Notes under the pieces: generated by a model
Told to the model about the DNA's origin: nothing
What the model saw: the letters and a program-made list of their open reading frames with translations, nothing else
Database searches by the model: none
Position numbers and translations under genes: made by a program
NCBI GenBank assembly: GCA_963841015.1
Contig: CAWJAX010000002.1
Span: 384,001-448,000, forward strand
Direction: 5' to 3'
Length of the DNA: 64,000 nt
From: an uncultured Methanoregulaceae archaeon
GTDB lineage: Archaea; Halobacteriota; Methanomicrobia; Methanomicrobiales; Methanospirillaceae
Shown here: positions 61,301 to 64,000 of the stretch, one piece after another
Layout of the letters: the number at the start of each line of letters is the position of its first letter
Numbering within the stretch: the stretch's first letter is position 1

Positions 61301-61688
61301 CACCATGAGTATCCCGCCCTCATGGGTGGACAGATATGGTGGGAAAGATGCCGTCCGTATCATACGGATCAGTGAAGAAACGGGTACTTCTGAATTACTT
61401 GATACGGTCTACATGGGTCTAGATCCAAACGGAAACATGGTATTCCGTGGAGATTCGCCAAATGGCTCTTCATTATTCGGGCTGCTTACTGCCAAGGCTA
61501 CTGCCATGGAACAGGAGCAGAACCCGGACTCACCGATCATTCCCGTCTCGAGACCCGCGATGAGTACAAATATAGGAATGGTCAGCTGGATCATGACCAT
61601 TTTCACTGATAATCCGATTAGTATCATCCTTATAATCGGGATAATTGCAGCTGCTGTATATTTCGGATGGTGGAAGAGACGGTTATAA
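37377..61688 (+). CDS. Giant (~8,100 aa) multidomain cell-surface protein split by indels near 38810, 41200, 48995, 52360, 55340, 56560-56840 and 60178
   Basis: One signal peptide (TTG 37377) and one C-terminal TM + WWKRRL. Successive ORFs break mid-repeat and resume in the next frame. Domains recognised by eye: PPC-like, PKD, C-type lectin, Kelch/BNR, LamG, FG-GAP, IPT, LVIVD, NosD-like beta-helix. Confidence 0.85.
37460..39285 (+). repeat. Near-identical 621-bp tandem triplication (two PPC-like domains per unit)
   Basis: Essentially identical shadow ORFs at 37756, 38377 and 38999 (spacing 621/622). Confidence 0.95.
54535..60415 (+). repeat. Tandem array of ~23 PKD-domain units (~255 bp)
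   Basis: Recurring PVAEF...APLTV.F.D.S...SWLWSFGDGNSS...PGTYTVSLTATN. Confidence 0.95.
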
Positions 61689-61734
61689 ATTCCTAAAATT
61701 TTCCCTTATTTTTTTAATAGTGAAAAATAAATTT

Positions 61735-61943
61735 CAGCTCTGTAGAATTCCTTTTCCTTTGATATGAAATTCACGATGCCGGTACAATGAAGAAGGGGAC
61801 AGGCCCTGTCCCCCCTTACTGCCCCTACGCTGAGCGATGATTAATTTGAACCTGTCCAAGGATTATCTCATCGGGGGAGCCACCACGGGGGGTGAAACCC
61901 CCTTAAGCGTTTAGCTGTAATGGGGCATTTCTTCAGAGTCTGA
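61735..61943 (-). mobile_element. Dispersed repeat family, best-preserved copy B; MITE-like with imperfect terminal inverted repeats
   Basis: Left cagctctgtagaatt versus right atttcttcagagtctg (revcomp cagactctgaagaaat). Internal hairpins GGGGACAG-gcc-CTGTCCCC (61795-61813) and GGGGG-TGAAA-CCCCC (~61888-61902). Confidence 0.7.
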
Positions 61944-62084
61944 ATTTTCGGTAATTAAAACAAAAAAATAAAATAATTTTTTTTGTAATCACCTCAGGTT
62001 ACGAATAAAATTCACCTTGATCAGTGAAAATGACCGCTGGGATTTTTACGATAAAACGATCAATGTCTTGGTGTAACGTATACG

Positions 62085-63576
62085 ATGGCAGATCAATTTG
62101 TCGTAAGGGGACCTGACGTGAGGGAAATGAAAAGAGATCTGATATATAACCTGATCATGGTGTGCTGTGCAGTCACCCTGTCGGGGTTGTGCATATTCCC
62201 GGTTACTGCTGTTCTCTGTGACGGACCCCCTCAGAGCCAGTCATTTATCCTCTTCAGTGGGGGATGTGTCCAGTCACTGCAGGGTTTACCCTGTACCCAG
62301 GGTTTCATGTTCCCGGCACAACCCTCCCTTGGCGGGGATTTTCCTACCCAGTATTCCCTGGATTTTGGTGACGGTTCACCTCCCTACTATGGTCCGGTTG
62401 ACGGGGTCAGCCATACCTACAACAGTTCAGGGCTTTTTACCCTGAAATTCATGGCTGGCACGCAATGTGACCTGTGGCGATCCGGCACCTTTGTAATAAA
62501 TATCCCTGCCCCGGTAAATTATTCCCCTGTAGTTCCCGCTTGTGTACCCGTACAGCCTGCTGCAGGTTTTACCGGGAGCCCGACCTCCGGGACCGCCCCT
62601 CTGACGGTTCAGTTCACCAGTACATCAAAAGGAGCAAATGCCTACACCTGGAGTTTTGGTGACGGTGGAACCTCCCCGGCACAGAATCCCCGGCATACCT
62701 ACCGGACCCGGGAATTTATCCGGTCTCCCTTGAGGCACGTGATACCTGTACCGGGACTGTCAGCCTTGTAGGCGTGAGTAATTTTGTCAGTGTTACCAAT
62801 CCTGCGACAACACTTTCTATTACTTCAAATCCACCGGGTGCGATCGTATATATTGATAATATCATCAAGGGCAGAACCCCCCTGACGCTTACGGATACTG
62901 CGATCGGTGATCACCGTTTAACGATGACGCTCGATGGTTATGAGGAATACAGCCGGGATATCATAGTGGAATCCGCAACCCCCCTGTCGATCGCAGTAGT
63001 ACTCACGACCATAGTCCCGCAACCTACGACCAGGCCACCTCCTAATGGATCGATTGCCATCACATCGATACCTTCAGGTGCTGAAGTGTATATTGACGGC
63101 TGGCAGAGTGGAATTACACCGACAATTATTTCTGAGATCCTACCCGGCAACCACCAGGTTACGCTCTCGTCCAGAGGATACGATAACTGGAGCAACATCG
63201 TATCGGTCGGATCCGGACGAATGTCTGCGGTCAATGCCGACTTGGTTGCAACAAAAGAGATCACCGGCTCGCTTGCGGTCATTACTGCCCCCCGGGTGCC
63301 GAGATATTTATCGATGGTGATTTCAAGGGGGTGAGTCCTGTAACCATCCCCGGACTTTCCCCCGGGATACATGCGGTTTTGTTAACCCTGAAGGAGTATG
63401 CGAATACTACCACCACCATCTCCATCACCGGTGGGCAGACACAAAAATACTCTGCCCAGTTGCAAAAGGTGTATAAGCTATCCACAATCGACCTGATCCT
63501 TGCGGCGGGTGCGATTGTGATGATTGCGGTAATAGCATTGGTCGTCATGTTCAGGAAGGATCCAAAAGCGAAATAA
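62085..63576 (+). CDS. PKD + PEGA domain surface protein with C-terminal TM (two frameshifts)
   Basis: Signal peptide, PKD (WSFGDG), three PEGA repeats (ITSNPPGA.VYID), TM + RKDPKAK. Indels near 62710 and 63293. Confidence 0.85.
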
Positions 63577-63652
63577 CCTGTATACTATTGTCGGGACCAA
63601 TGATATCCAACCGCCATAAAATTTAATACGATCACCCACGAGAGTGTTCTGC

Positions 63653-64000
63653 ATGGCACTCAGGGAGAATATCCTGGAAGTCGTGGGAGGTCCTCACGTA
63701 GCGGCCATTGCTACCGTTGACGGTAAACTGCCGGCAGTGCGGTTCATGGTACTGAATGGATTTCCCGACATGACCTTTGTCGGGGGAACATTGAAGGCTT
63801 CAAAAAAAGTGGCACAGCTGAAAAAGAATCCCAATGTTGCGATTTCAACCTGGTCAGGCAAAGAGTTTTCCGATCCGTATGTGGAGATGCGGGCAAAAGG
63901 GGAAGTCCATGAAGATCTTGCGACCAAGAAGAAATACTGGAACCCTATGTTTGAACAGTATTTCAAATCCGTGGATAACCCTGATTATGTTGTCCTGGTC
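63653..64000 (+). CDS. Pyridoxamine 5'-phosphate oxidase-like / general stress protein (runs off window)
   Basis: Manual translation MALRENILEV...AIATVDGKLPAVRFM...SKKVAQLKKNPNV...KKKYWNP..EQYF...DNPDYVVL. Confidence 0.8.
   Translation, partial: MALRENILEVVGGPHVAAIATVDGKLPAVRFMVLNGFPDMTFVGGTLKASKKVAQLKKNPNVAISTWSGKEFSDPYVEMRAKGEVHEDLATKKKYWNPMFEQYFKSVDNPDYVVLV

Overview
Archaeal chromosomal window. The gene content (Rpl10e, archaeal SAM synthetase, histone, RFC-L, methanogenesis markers 2 and 4, PKD/NosD surface proteins) points to a methanogen, probably Methanomicrobiales; this is inferred, not searched. The left 35 kb is mostly housekeeping: argH start, an XRE regulator divergent from a NitT/TauT-type ABC operon, rpl10e, a fumarase-KOR-succinyl-CoA synthetase operon, mat, hisG/A/B, histone, mtxX, rfcL, archaemetzincin, HEAT proteins, HDAC, uvrA and uvrC. 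The right 29 kb is a cell-surface island: four small secreted or membrane proteins, one ~24.3-kb (~8,100-aa) adhesin-like gene broken into ORF pieces, and a PKD/PEGA gene. Single-base indels break many genes, including core ones, and are most likely sequencing errors. Highlights: (1) an unannotated ~200-bp non-coding repeat family in four diverged intergenic copies with hairpins and imperfect terminal inverted repeats (MITE-like or structured RNA); (2) the giant protein, with propellers inserted inside Ig-like domains and a mosaic 23-unit PKD stalk; (3) an apparently circularly permuted ABC substrate-binding protein with a candidate operator; (4) a degenerate GIY-YIG-like protein, a cupredoxin lacking copper ligands and a 12-Cys mini-domain lipoprotein. 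All alignments were done by eye and no databases were searched.
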